From positions 25,951 to 89,950 of the forward strand of contig CAWCAX010000004.1 in assembly GCA_963793635.1 (NCBI GenBank): a stretch of DNA of 64,000 nucleotides. Reading direction: 5' to 3'. The DNA comes from an uncultured Planctomycetaceae bacterium. Lineage in GTDB: Bacteria > Planctomycetota > Planctomycetia > Pirellulales > PALSA-1355. The translations under genes and the position numbers were made by a program. Shown in pieces: positions 28,367-38,766 of this stretch (position 1 is the stretch's first letter; every line of letters starts with the position of its first letter). Below the pieces are notes generated by a model that had not been told where the DNA came from, searched no databases, and saw nothing but the letters and a program-made list of their open reading frames with translations.

Positions 28367-29494
28367 ATGACTCTTCGCAGCCGGTCGCTGCTGTTTGCCT
28401 GTCTCGCCTTGGCTGGCTGGCCATTTTCCGCGGCCCAGGCTGCGCCATGGAGCAAAATCACGACGCGCAAGAAAGCGGAGCCGGCCGCCCAGAAAAACGA
28501 GTACGCAATCAAGGAATCCAATGGACCCTGGATGATCCTGGCGGCTTCATTCTCGGGAGACGGTGCCCCGCAGCAAGCCCGCGAATTGGTCGAAGAGCTG
28601 CGCACGAAGTTCAAGCTGCCGGCGTACGTGTACCAGAAGGAATTCAATTTCTCCAAGTCCCTGCAAGGCCGCGGCGTCGATCGCTACGGCGAGCCGCAAT
28701 CGATGAAATATCGCCGCAGCGAGGATTTTTTGGAGATCGCCGTGATGGTCGGCGACTATCCGAGCGTCGACGATCCGCAAGCCCAGAAGGTGCTCAAGAA
28801 GCTGAAATATGCCAAGCCGGCCGCGCTCGACGTCGAGAAACGCGGCTCCAGCGCGAAACGCTCGGCGCCCTGCGCACGATTCAGCGGGCAATTCAGCCCG
28901 ACGGCAGCGAGGAGAAACAAAAAGGGCCCATGCGCAACGCATTCATCACCACCAATCCGCTCCTCCCGCCCGACTACTACGCGCCCAAAGGGGTCGACAA
29001 GCTCGTGCTCGACATGAACAAGGGGGTCAAATGGAGCCTGCTCGATTGCCCCGGCCGCTACACGGTCAAAGTGGCCACGTTCGGCGGCCAGGTCGTGCTG
29101 GACCAGAAAAAGATCCAACAAATCGAACAGGGTTCGAAGATGAAGAGCCGGCTGGTGGACGCCGCCGACAAAGCGCACAATCTAACCCTGGCGCTGCGGG
29201 CCAAAGGGGTCGAAGCGTACGAGTTCCACGATCGCTACCAGAGCATCGTCACCGTCGGTAACTTCAGCAGCGTGGGCAAGCGGCTGCCCGACGGCAAGAT
29301 CGACCTCGATCCCGCCTTGTACGCGATCATGGAGAAGTACGGCGCCGATAAGAAAGTCCGTGCCCGGGCAGGCCGCTCCTCAGTTGGGGCAGCCCAAGAC
29401 CGAGGGCAAAATCCCACTTGACGTGCAACCGATGCCGGTCGAGGTGCCCCGCCGTTCGATTTCCGCCGACTACGTCCGGACGGCGAGGGAATGA
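28367..29494 (+). CDS. secreted hypothetical protein; about 2 frame corrections
   Basis: Signal peptide MTLRSRSLLFACLALAGWPFSAAQA (ORF 28367..). The protein continues in the frame of 28447..29421 (NAFITTNPLLPPDYYAPKG..RYTVKVATFGG). The tail in a third frame ends at TGA 29492-29494. Confidence 0.5.
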
Positions 29495-29504
29495 GGACGC
29501 CCGA

Positions 29505-30176
29505 GTGACGAACGATCCAACGCCCGCCGCGGCGGGTCGACAATCTGCGGCGGTGGAATTTCAGTCGTCGACGGTCTCCTGGCCCAAGCTGCTCGTGCTG
29601 GGGACGCACAACCGCAAGAAATGCGCCGAGCTTGTCGAACTATTGGCGCCCCTGGGCTTGGATCTGCGGACGCTGAGCGATTTCCCCCAGGCGATTACCG
29701 TGGACGAAACCGGCGACACGTTCGCCGCGAATGCCCAATTGAAGGCCGCCCAGCAGGCCCTGCACCTGCAAAGCTGGGTTTTGGGCGAAGACAGCGGTTT
29801 GACCGTCGACGCCCTGGGGGGCCGGCCGGGAGTTTACTCGGCCCGCTACGCCGGACCGCACGCGACCGACGAGGACAACAACCGCAAGCTGCTCGCCGAA
29901 TTGGGTGCCACGCCACTGCCCCAGCGCACGGCGCATTACACTTGCCACGTGGCCCTGGCCGATCCCTCCGGCAACATTGTGGCCCGCGGCGAGGCCCATT
30001 GCCGGGGGCGAATTCGGCAGCAGGCGGCCGGCGACGGCGGCTTCGGCTACGACCCGTTGTTCGAAATCGTCGAATACCACCGCACGTTCGCGGAATTGGG
30101 ATTGGCCGTCAAACGCGCGCTGAGCCACCGCGCCCGGGCCGTGCGGCAATTGATCGAACTTCTAGCGGGTCGCTAA
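29505..30176 (+). CDS. rdgB: non-canonical purine NTP pyrophosphatase (RdgB/HAM1 family)
   Basis: Motifs: LVLGTHNRKKCAEL, ETGDTFAANAQLKA, EDSGLTVDALGGRPGVYSARY, GFGYDPLF, SHRARA. A GTG at 29505 is in frame and 10 nt after the upstream stop. Confidence 0.85.
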   Translation: MTNDPTPAAAGRQSAAVEFQSSTVSWPKLLVLGTHNRKKCAELVELLAPLGLDLRTLSDFPQAITVDETGDTFAANAQLKAAQQALHLQSWVLGEDSGLTVDALGGRPGVYSARYAGPHATDEDNNRKLLAELGATPLPQRTAHYTCHVALADPSGNIVARGEAHCRGRIRQQAAGDGGFGYDPLFEIVEYHRTFAELGLAVKRALSHRARAVRQLIELLAGR

Positions 30177-30182
30177 GCGGCC

Positions 30183-30236
30183 GGCCGCGATGTGGTAGTG
30201 CGGCCGGCAGGCCGCGATGTGGTAGTGCGGCCGGCA
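30183..30236. repeat. perfect 27-bp tandem duplication; each copy is a 9-bp-stem hairpin (likely bidirectional terminator)
   Basis: GGCCGCGATGTGGTAGTGCGGCCGGCA occurs twice (30183-30209 and 30210-30236). The stem is GCCGGCCGC/GCGGCCGGC. The repeat fills the 61-nt gap between the convergent stops at 30176 and 30238. Confidence 0.8.
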
Positions 30237-30237
30237 C

Positions 30238-30960
30238 TTATCTGCGCGAGGTCAGCGACAGGACCAGCTGCAGGATGTAATAGAACAACAGCGCCACCGA
30301 GGCAAATAGCGCGAGCGACGCGGCGACGTGCTGATCGGTGCGGTAGTGTCGCATCACGTTGCTGGTATCGTACAGAATGTAGCCGGCCGCCAGAAAAATC
30401 GCGGCCCCCACGAAGAACAAGCCCAGGTTGAAGCCGAACAGGATGCCGGCCACGATGATGGCCATCATCGCCAGGCCGGCCACACGCAGGCCCGTGCCCA
30501 GGAAGGAAAAATCGGCGCCTGAAAGCATCACGATTCCCGTCAGTCCGCCGAAGATCAGCAGCGTCAAAAGGCCGGCGGTCGGAATCACGTTCGGCGCGCC
30601 GAGCCTGGCGGCAAACCACATGATCGGCACAAAGATCAGTGCCTGGGCAACCACATACAGCCCCAGGCCCAGATATTGCATCGTTAAGCTTGTCGACGAC
30701 TGGGCCCAGTTCTGGGCCAGGTAGCTCGCGCCCATGAAGGCGCCCATGACCACCAGCCAGCTATACTGCCCGCCGACCATGGTTCGCACCAGGGCGTCGG
30801 TCTGCGGCAGGCTAAGCAGCACTGCCTCCAGGGCCAAAAAGGCGCACACCGCACCCGCCAGGTGCAGGTAGGTCAGCCGAATGAAACTGGCCCGGCTGTC
30901 CACTTCGGCGTTGGCCGCGACGGTGCCGAACGACTGGTACGGGTTAACGGACTGGTTCAT
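30238..30960 (-). CDS. BAX inhibitor-1/YccA family membrane protein
   Basis: The start is at MNQSVNPYQS. Contains FIRLTYLHLAGAV, seven hydrophobic helices, and the C-terminal YILYDTSNVM..ALFASVALLF typical of BI-1. Confidence 0.9.
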   Translation of the reverse strand: MNQSVNPYQSFGTVAANAEVDSRASFIRLTYLHLAGAVCAFLALEAVLLSLPQTDALVRTMVGGQYSWLVVMGAFMGASYLAQNWAQSSTSLTMQYLGLGLYVVAQALIFVPIMWFAARLGAPNVIPTAGLLTLLIFGGLTGIVMLSGADFSFLGTGLRVAGLAMMAIIVAGILFGFNLGLFFVGAAIFLAAGYILYDTSNVMRHYRTDQHVAASLALFASVALLFYYILQLVLSLTSRR

Positions 30961-31301
30961 CGAGAAACTCCTTCGAGGCAAAGGCGGGCAGCGTCGCGCG
31001 GCCTGCCGTCGTCCGGCCAGCCAGCCATAAATCCCGCAAAAAGGGGAGCGTAAGATCCTTGTTGACTCTACCTTATGCCGGATCGCTGTCAAGGTGACCG
31101 TGGCACGCGCCGCGCCGGAAGGCCGAAAACACATCTTTTTCGACCCGGCGCTGGCCACGCGCCACGAAAGATTGCGGAGCGTTTGCCGGCAAAGGTGAGT
31201 CCTCTTACAATTCAAACGCTCTGCGCCCGGTGCTGATCCCAAAATGGGCCGGCCTGCCAGAACTGAATCGTCGTGATCATCTCTCTCGGAGCGCACTTGC
31301 C

Positions 31302-31880
31302 ATGGTACTGACCCCCAGCACAATGCTGCCGCTCGGAACGAAGGCTCCCGATTTCTCGCTGCTCAACATCGACGGCCAGTCAGTCTCGCTACAGGACTTC
31401 GCTGGGAAAAAGGCGCTGCTGGTGGTCTTCATGTGCAATCACTGTCCGTATGTGAAGCACGTGGCCTCGGGCCTGGCGCAGCTGGCTCGCGACTATCAAG
31501 CCCGCGGCGCCGGTGTGGTGGGCATCAATTCGAACGACACGTCCAAGCACCCGGCCGATTCGCCGGAGCAGATGGTGCTCGAGGCCGAAAACCGTGGCTA
31601 TACGTTCCCGTATTTGTTCGACGAAACGCAGGACGTCGCCAAGGCTTATCACGCGGCCTGCACGCCCGATTTTTACGTCTTCGACAAGGATCAGCGACTG
31701 GTTTATCGCGGCCAGATGGATGCGAGCCGGCCCGATAGCGGGATTCCCGTGACGGGTCGCGATCTGCGGGCGGCGCTCGATGCCGTGTTGGCCGGCCAGG
31801 GTGCCGCCAAAGAACAAAAGCCAAGCATCGGCTGCAACATCAAATGGAAGCCTGGGGGCGAGCCGGATTATTTCCGCTAA
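31302..31880 (+). CDS. thioredoxin-fold redoxin (AhpC/TSA-like thiol-disulfide oxidoreductase)
   Basis: MVLTPSTMLPLGTKAPDFSL..KALLVVFMCNHCPYV (CxxC) ..PYLFDETQDVAKAY. Confidence 0.85.
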   Translation: MVLTPSTMLPLGTKAPDFSLLNIDGQSVSLQDFAGKKALLVVFMCNHCPYVKHVASGLAQLARDYQARGAGVVGINSNDTSKHPADSPEQMVLEAENRGYTFPYLFDETQDVAKAYHAACTPDFYVFDKDQRLVYRGQMDASRPDSGIPVTGRDLRAALDAVLAGQGAAKEQKPSIGCNIKWKPGGEPDYFR

Positions 31881-32244
31881 GTCGTCAGTGCGAAGAGACA
31901 GAACGCGATCCGGCCGGCCATTCCCGAAAGGGCCGTGTTACTTAACGGCTCGCGATTAGACCCCAGCCGGCGGCGACCCAGTCTTGGTGCGGCCTCTGAA
32001 ATTGCCGTGCTTCGTAGCGACGCGCCGTGTCTTGTCGCGCCGTGTGTTGTTCGCGGCTGCGTTGCACTGACGATCAATAAGTCTTATTGCATTACCAATC
32101 GCACATAACCCCCTGTCCTGGTCCGCATAAACGTCAGCACCGGTTAGTGAACCACCCACTATCTATCGCTTTTGTAATGAAAAAAGTCTTGAGGCACCTA
32201 CGACGGTCAGGCTATGCTTTCGCTGTTGGTTTGGGATCCCGCTT

Positions 32245-33243
32245 TATGGGGGGGGGAGTACTGGTGGGCATTTCGTTCAATAAACGGATCTTAGTTACCG
32301 GGGTGCCGGCTTTTTGGGCTCGCACCTCTGCGAACGCTTGGTGGAGCTGGGGCATGACGTGATTTGCCTCGATAACTTCTTCACCAGCCAAAAGGCCAAT
32401 GTCAGTCACCTGCTCGAACGGCCGAACTTCGAATTGGTGCGCCACGACGTCGTGCATCCGCTGTGGCTCGAAGTCGACGAAATTTACAACCTGGCCTGCC
32501 CGGCGGCCCCGGGGCACTACCAGTTCAATCCCATCAAGACGACCAAGACGTCAGTGATCGGGGCGATCAACATCCTGGGTATGGCCAAACGCTGCCGAGC
32601 CAAGGTGCTCCAGGCTTCGACCAGCGAAGTCTATGGCGATCCGGAAGTCCACCCCCAAATTGAGTCCTACCGCGGCAGCGTGAATCCGATTGGTCCGCGG
32701 GCTTGCTACGATGAGGGCAAGCGGGCCGCCGAAACTTTGTTCATGGATTACCACCGCATGAACAAAGTAAACATCCGGGTTGTACGGATTTTCAATACCT
32801 ACGGTCCGCGGATGCATCCCTTCGACGGCCGGGTCGTGTCCAACTTCATCCGGCAGGCATTGGAAGGGGAGGATCTGACGATTTTTGGTGATGGAAGCCA
32901 GACCCGATCGTTCTGCTACCGCGACGACCTGGTGGAAGGCATGCTCCGGATGATGCAGGCACCGGATGATTTCATCGGGCCAGTAAACTTGGGGAATCCC
33001 GATGAGTTCACCATCCGTGAATTGGCCGAGCAGGTCATCGAACTGACCGGCTCGCGGTCAAAACTGGTCAGCCGCCCCCTCCCGCCCGACGATCCTACGA
33101 AACGCCAGCCGGACATCACGTTGGCCAAGCAACGACTCTCCTGGGAGCCGACCGTCAAGCTGCGTCAGGGGCTGGAGCGCACGATCGAGTGGTTCCGGTC
33201 GATCGACGTCAATCAATACCGGCCGCCAACGCCGAACTTCTAA
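32245..33243 (+). CDS. UDP-glucuronate decarboxylase (UDP-xylose synthase); one frame correction at the G-run 32300-32303
   Basis: KRILVTG then reads VPAFW, but with one extra G it reads [13 protein letters not shown] (Rossmann GxxGxxG). The rest (ORF 32314..33243) has STSEVYGDP and YDEGKR (YxxxK). Confidence 0.9.
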
Positions 33244-33303
33244 AGACGAATCCGGCTTGGGCTGCCCCCCGGACCGGCAATGTCTATAGAACCCCCAAGT
33301 GCA

Positions 33304-33753
33304 TCAGGCCGCCTGGTCCCAGGACGACGCGGTTCGCGCGCGGCGGAACCAGGCAAAACCGACGATGAGGCAACTGCCCACCAACGCGCCGACCACGTCG
33401 GCGCACCAGTCGAGCAGTTCGCAGTCGCGACCGACGAGCGGCTGGGTGATCTCGTCGAAAGCCCCCGCAACGGCCAGTAGGGCTACGATTTTGACCGCGA
33501 TCAACCCCGGCGCCGGACGACGCACAGCCAGCACGGTTGCCAGCAGCATCGCCAGACCGGCGTAGGCCCCAAAATGCATCCACTTGTCGACGCCGTCACT
33601 CTCGGCCAATTGTGGAATTCGAGGATAATGGGTGCCGAAAATCATGCCCAGCCAGTACACAGCCAGCACCACGGTCAGCAAGCGGTTGGAGCCGGGCTGG
33701 CGGCGGACTTCCCTCTTGGAGGGAAACATCAAAATCTGGGGATGATTTGCCAT
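33304..33753 (-). CDS. VanZ-like family membrane protein
   Basis: The start is at MANHPQILMF. Contains DKWMHFGAYAGLAMLL and GAFDEITQPLVGRD, with four hydrophobic helices. Confidence 0.7.
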   Translation of the reverse strand: MANHPQILMFPSKREVRRQPGSNRLLTVVLAVYWLGMIFGTHYPRIPQLAESDGVDKWMHFGAYAGLAMLLATVLAVRRPAPGLIAVKIVALLAVAGAFDEITQPLVGRDCELLDWCADVVGALVGSCLIVGFAWFRRARTASSWDQAA

Positions 33754-34055
33754 CGGTATGTGGTCTGCTTGCGGGAATGGGGCTGCGATGAATTGTACGC
33801 GCAACCAGGCTTGAAAATGAATCCCAAGTTCGGACGACAACCGCTTCTGGGCTAATTATCGACACCGCAATGGATTCAAACCTGCGAAATTTTGAGCCGG
33901 CGGCCGCGCCAAGCCCGCTGGGCCGTCGAACCCTGCCAGGATCGCCGCTGCTGCCGCGGGCCTGGTTGCGATGCGCTTGCCAGCCGATATGATCGATTGG
34001 CGTGCTGCCCGCCGGCCGTTAAACGGCAGCTCTCGAAGGGTTCGGAGCCGCCGCT

Positions 34056-34878
34056 ATGAAGCTGGGTCTGATCAATTCCGCCTGGGTGCAAGCTCGGCAA
34101 CCGACCGTCTTTGGCCTGCGCGAGACCAAACGCATCGGGTTCGACTCGGTCGATATTTTCGTCGATCCACTCGAGGTGGACATTCGCGAGCGCAGGCTCA
34201 TCAAGGACGAGTGCGACCGCTTGGATCTGCCGATCGTGTCGCTTGCCTGTGTGGCGGTCGGACTGATCGACTTCAATGCCAGCGTGCGGCGGTTTCATGT
34301 GGACCGCGTGCGAGCCTATCTCGACCTGGCCTATGAATATCAGGCCCAGAACGTCCTGTTGGTGATCGGCGAATATATCTGGAATCGAGAAGTCATTCCC
34401 CCCGCCGAGCAATGGAGCGCAGCCGTCGAGACGGTCCGCGAGCTGGGGCACCGGGCCGGCGAGCTGGGGTTGGAAATCGCCATCGAACTCGAACCGTTCG
34501 CGTTGTCGCTGGTCAACTCCGTCGACACGATGCTGCGATTGCTCGATGACGTGAACTTAAGCAGCGTGAAGGCCAATATCGATATCTCGCACCTGGTGCT
34601 CTCGAAGGTCAATCCCGAGGAGCTGGCCAGGCTCAAGGGCCGGGCCGCCCACGTCCACATTTCCGATTGCGACGGTCACGTGCACGGCGATTTGCCGCCG
34701 GGGCGCGGCGTGGTTCCGTTCGCGCCCTATCTGCACGAGATCAAAAAACTGGAGATCGACGGCGCGATTTCGAATCGAACTCGAGTATTCGCCCGAGCCG
34801 GCAAAAATTGTCGAGTGGGTCGAGGAAGCTTATCGCGAGACCGACAAATTGCTCCGCCAGGCCGGACTGCGGGGCTAA
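34056..34878 (+). CDS. sugar phosphate isomerase/epimerase (xylose-isomerase-like TIM barrel); one frame correction near 34775
   Basis: The pieces are MKLGLINSAW..GFDSVDIF, LGLEIAIELEP and HVHISDCDG. After the shift the tail reads EYSPEPAKIVEWVEEAYRETDKLLRQAGLRG and stops at 34876-34878. Confidence 0.8.
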
Positions 34879-34909
34879 GCAAGTCATCGCCTTGGACCAG
34901 ATATAAGAC

Positions 34910-35530
34910 TCACGCGGAGCCGCGGAGTCGCGGAGAGAGGAACGGGAAGATGAATTTGGCCAGGGCATTGGACGAGATCATGGGCGAGATCGTAGATGCT
35001 GCGGTCAAGTTACACGTGCGCCTTGGACCGGGATTGCTGGACTCTGTGTACGAGGCGGCGTTAGCACGTGAATTGGCACGCAGGGGACTTCACGTCAGTC
35101 GACAAATGCCCATTGCGTTTGAATTTGACGGCATGCACTTTGAGGAGGGTTTTCGTATTGATCTGCTGGTCGAGGCGTCTGTGGTCGTCGAATTGAAGTC
35201 GGTAGAACGATTGGCTCCGGTTCACTCGAAGCAGGTGCTCACGTATCTTCGCTTGCTCAACCTGCCCGTGGGCTTGCAGATCAACTTCGGCGAGTCCACG
35301 CTCAAGGAAGGCCTGCACCGGGTTGTCAATAACTACGTTCCAGCTCCCGCAGGGTCGTCGCACCTGCGGGTCAATCGGAGGGACGTCCCATGAGGCAGGG
35401 CCACGGGAGGATCCTGCAGAGCCGCGGAGTCGCGGAGCGAAAAAGAAAATACGGTTGCTCGAGCACGATCTCGACGGCATTGCCAAAAACCTCGTTTCGT
35501 TCCCCTCCGCGTCTCCGCGGCTCCGCGTGA
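34910..35530. mobile_element. 621-bp cassette: a GxxExxY gene bracketed by 26-bp imperfect terminal inverted repeats
   Basis: Left repeat: TCACGCGGAGCCGCGGAGTCGCGGAG (34910-34935). Right repeat: 35505-35530, whose reverse complement TCACGCGGAGCCGCGGAGACGCGGAG matches at 25 of 26 positions. A third direct 19-nt copy GAGCCGCGGAGTCGCGGAG lies at 35419-35437. Confidence 0.45.
34950..35393 (+). CDS. GxxExxY protein (PD-(D/E)XK nuclease superfamily)
   Basis: MNLARALDEIMGEIVDAAVKLHVRLGPGLLDSVYEAALAREL (the GxxExxY-type motif, with D in place of E) ..FRIDLLVEASVVVELKSV (D...ExK) ..QVLTYLRLLNLPVGLQINFG. Confidence 0.85.
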   Translation: MNLARALDEIMGEIVDAAVKLHVRLGPGLLDSVYEAALARELARRGLHVSRQMPIAFEFDGMHFEEGFRIDLLVEASVVVELKSVERLAPVHSKQVLTYLRLLNLPVGLQINFGESTLKEGLHRVVNNYVPAPAGSSHLRVNRRDVP

Positions 35531-35589
35531 AACAGAACCGGAGTGTTCAGTTGAGAAGCTTAGGCGCCAAATTCCAATAAAGCCAAAAC

Positions 35590-36852
35590 ATGAACGTTGA
35601 AATCATTTCCATCGGCGATGAACTGACTAGCGGTCAGCGGCTCGATACCAACAGCCAATGGCTCAGCCGCCGGCTTGGCGATTTGGGCTTGGAGGTGCTC
35701 TATCACACCACCGTGGCCGATCGGCTCCAGGCCAATGTCGACGTGTTTCGCCAGGCCATCGCGCGAACCGATTTTGTCATCGTCACCGGCGGACTTGGAC
35801 CCACGGCCGACGACCTGACGCGCGACGCGCTGGCCGCGGCCGTCGGCCGGGAGCTGGTGCTCGACGAGCCTTCGCTGGCGCACATCCGCGCACTGTTCGC
35901 GCGCCACAACCGCGACATGCCCGAGCGCAATCGCCTTCAGGCCCTGTTTCCCTCCGGCAGCCGGCCGATCTTCAATCCCCGCGGCACGGCGCCTGGCATT
36001 TGGCTCGAAGCGCAGCGGCCCGCGGGGGGTATTTGTCGGTTGTTTGCCTTGCCCGGCGTGCCGGCCGAAATGTTCCAGATGTTCGACCAGACCGTGGAAC
36101 CGGCAATCAGCGCGGCGCTGGGCCCGCGGCGCGTGATCCGGCATCGGCGGATCAAATGCTTCGGGGCCGGCGAGAGTCACGTGGAGCAGATGCTGCCGGA
36201 CTTGATCCGCCGCGGACGCGAGCCGTCTGTGGGTATCACGGTCCACGACGCAACCATCACGCTGCGGATCACGGCCAGCGGCGCAACCGCCGAGGAGTGC
36301 CTTGCGGCCATGGCGCCGACCGAAGCCACGATTCGCCAGTGTCTGGGCAATCTGGTCTTCGGTGACGAGGACGACGAACTCGAAGACGTTGTCGTGAGTC
36401 GGCTCGCAGAGCGCGGTCAATCGCTCTCGACGGTCGAGTCGGGCACCGAGGGGCTGTTGGCCCATTGGCTTTCGGCGGCGGCCGGTGCAGGGCCTTATTT
36501 TCACGGGGGTGCCGTGTTGCCCAACGCCGCGGCCTTGAGTCAATGGCTGGCGCCCGCGGTCGGCCGATCGGTCGATCCGGCCGGTTCCGAGGCGGCCGCC
36601 GCTCTGGCCAGCGCGTGTCGCGAGCGCTTTGCCAGCGACTTTGCGCTCTCGATCGGACCGTTTCCGCCGGCCGCCGAGGGCCAAGAACAAGACAATAGCC
36701 AGCCCCCGCCAGAGTACTTCTTCGCGCTGGCCACACCGGAAAAGACAATCGTCCGGTCGTCGACGCTTGCCAGCCACCCCTCGATTTGGAAGTCGCGCGC
36801 GGCGAAGCAGGCGCTCAACTTGCTGCGGCTGCAATGGATCGAGCGGGGCTAA
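35590..36852 (+). CDS. cinA: CinA-family competence/damage-inducible protein (MoCF-binding domain + NMN deamidase-like domain)
   Basis: MNVEIISIGDELTSGQRLDTNSQWLS..VIVTGGLGPTADDLTRDA..NPRGTAPG. The 420-aa ORF is intact. Confidence 0.9.
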   Translation: MNVEIISIGDELTSGQRLDTNSQWLSRRLGDLGLEVLYHTTVADRLQANVDVFRQAIARTDFVIVTGGLGPTADDLTRDALAAAVGRELVLDEPSLAHIRALFARHNRDMPERNRLQALFPSGSRPIFNPRGTAPGIWLEAQRPAGGICRLFALPGVPAEMFQMFDQTVEPAISAALGPRRVIRHRRIKCFGAGESHVEQMLPDLIRRGREPSVGITVHDATITLRITASGATAEECLAAMAPTEATIRQCLGNLVFGDEDDELEDVVVSRLAERGQSLSTVESGTEGLLAHWLSAAAGAGPYFHGGAVLPNAAALSQWLAPAVGRSVDPAGSEAAAALASACRERFASDFALSIGPFPPAAEGQEQDNSQPPPEYFFALATPEKTIVRSSTLASHPSIWKSRAAKQALNLLRLQWIERG

Positions 36853-36888
36853 CGCTGCGCGAAGGTGGTTTGCGATCGGGCCGCAGAC

Positions 36889-36978
36889 TCACGGGCCCAG
36901 CGTCACCCGGGCCACGCCCGCGATGATCAGTAGCAGGAGCAAGGTAATCAGCGCAATTCCAATCAGAGCTTGCAACAT
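36889..36978 (-). CDS. possible 29-aa hydrophobic peptide (below the ORF-track cutoff)
   Basis: Own translation: MLQALIGIALITLLLLLIIAGVARVTLGP*. It starts 72 nt downstream of the acyl-CoA synthetase stop, and GGAG and GAGG motifs lie 8-15 nt upstream of the ATG. The only evidence is hydrophobicity and position. Confidence 0.25.
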   Translation of the reverse strand: MLQALIGIALITLLLLLIIAGVARVTLGP

Positions 36979-37050
36979 TGCCGACCTCGACTCTCCGAAT
37001 TGCTGCACAGGTGTGCAAGATGAAACTTCGATGTGCTTTGAGCGCGCGAA

Positions 37051-38750
37051 TCAGGCCGTTTCTTGCTCTTCGAGCCCCAGTTCGGCGATCATCTGCTCGC
37101 GAATCTTGAACTTCTGGATCTTGCCGGTGACGGTCTGAGGAAAGACGTCGACAAACTTGACGTGCCGCGGCACTTTGTAGTGCGCCAGGTGGCGGCGGCA
37201 AAACTGGCGCAGCTCATCCTCGCGTAACCGCGGCGCCCGGCTTCAACTTAACCCAGGCACAGAGTTCCTCGACGAACTTTCTGTCGGGCACGCCGACCAC
37301 CGACGCTTGTTCGACCTGCGGGTGCGTGAACAAGAACTCCTCGATCTCGCGCGGGTAGATGTTTTCGCCGCCGCGGATCACCATGTCTTTGATCCGGCCC
37401 GTGATGCGGTAATAGCCGTTGGAGCAGCCGCACGCCCAAATCGCCGGTGTGCAACCAGCCTTCGGCGTCGATGGCGGCGCTGGTCGCTTCGGGATTCTTG
37501 TAGTAACCGAGCATCACCAGATGCCCGCGCGCGACCAACTCGCCTTGCTCGTTGTCTGCCAGCGCCTGGCCGGTGCCTGGATCGACGATGTTGACCTCCA
37601 CGCCGGGGAGCGGACGGCCGACGGTCTCGACGCGCACTTGCAGCGGGTCGTCGGCCCGAGTTTGGGTGATGACCGGGCGAGGCCTCGGTTTGTCCGTAGG
37701 CGATTGTGATCTCGATCGATGCCCATGCGGTCGACGACTTGCTTCATGATTTCGATCGGGCAGGGGCTGCCCGACATGATGCCCGGTGCGCAGCGAGCTG
37801 AGATCGCGAGCGTCGAACGAGGGTTCCTGAAGTTGGGCGATGTACATCGTCGGCACGCCGTAGACGGCCGTGGCCCGCTCCTGCTGGATGGCGTCGAGCG
37901 TGGCCAAAGGGTTGAACGACTCGGCCGGCACGATCATCGCGGCGCCGTAGACCACGGCACACAGGGTGCCCAGCACGCAGCCGAAGCAGTGGTAAAACGG
38001 CACCGGGATGCAGATCCGATCGGCATCGGTGAAGCGCTGACACTGGCCGACGTAAAACGCGTTGAGCAGCAGATTGCGATGGCTGAGCATGGCCGCCTTG
38101 GGAAAGCCGGTCGTGCCGGAAGTGTATTGAATGTTGATCGGCTGGTCGGCTTTGAGTTGCCGGCCGATTTCGTCCAACCGCTCGGGCGGCACGCTCGGCC
38201 GCGCCGGCGAAGGTCCGACCAGGTGATGCCCCCGGCCGGCGCTGTCGCCTCCAGCCCCACGACCCAGCGCAGGCGCGGATACTCGGCGCTGTGCAGCTTG
38301 CCCGGCTCGGTACGTTGCCAGTTCGGGACAAATTTCGGCCAGCATCGCGTAGTAGTTCGAAGTCTTGAATTGCTCCACCAGGAACAGTGCCACCGCGTCG
38401 CTCTGCTTGAGCACATATCTCAGTTCGAAGGGCCGATAGGCCGGATTGATGTTGACCAGCACGGCGCCGATGCGGGCAGTGGCGAACTGCAAGATCACCC
38501 ACTGCGGAACGTTGGTGGCCCAGATCGCCACGTGCTCGCCGGGCCCAATGCCCAACGCCAGCAAGCCGCGCGCGACCAGGTCGACCTCCGCGGCGAACTC
38601 GCGATATGACATCCGCAACCCGAGCGCCGGAAACACCAGGGCATCGTGCGGCGTCGTGCAAGCGCGCGGTATGGGTCAGCAGCCTGGGAAATGGTCAGAC
38701 CTTCGACCCAGGGCGCGACCGATGTCAGCGGCTTTGGCGGCGGATGGCAT
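37051..38750 (-). CDS. AMP-dependent acyl-CoA synthetase/ligase; at least 5 frame corrections
   Basis: [20 protein letters not shown] (AMP-binding motif) and the N-terminal piece [30 protein letters not shown] are in ORF 37248..38636. WLHTGDLG is also present. My translation of the tail reads [26 protein letters not shown] and ends at 37051. Confidence 0.85.
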
Positions 38751-38766
38751 AGGCTCGATCGGCGTC

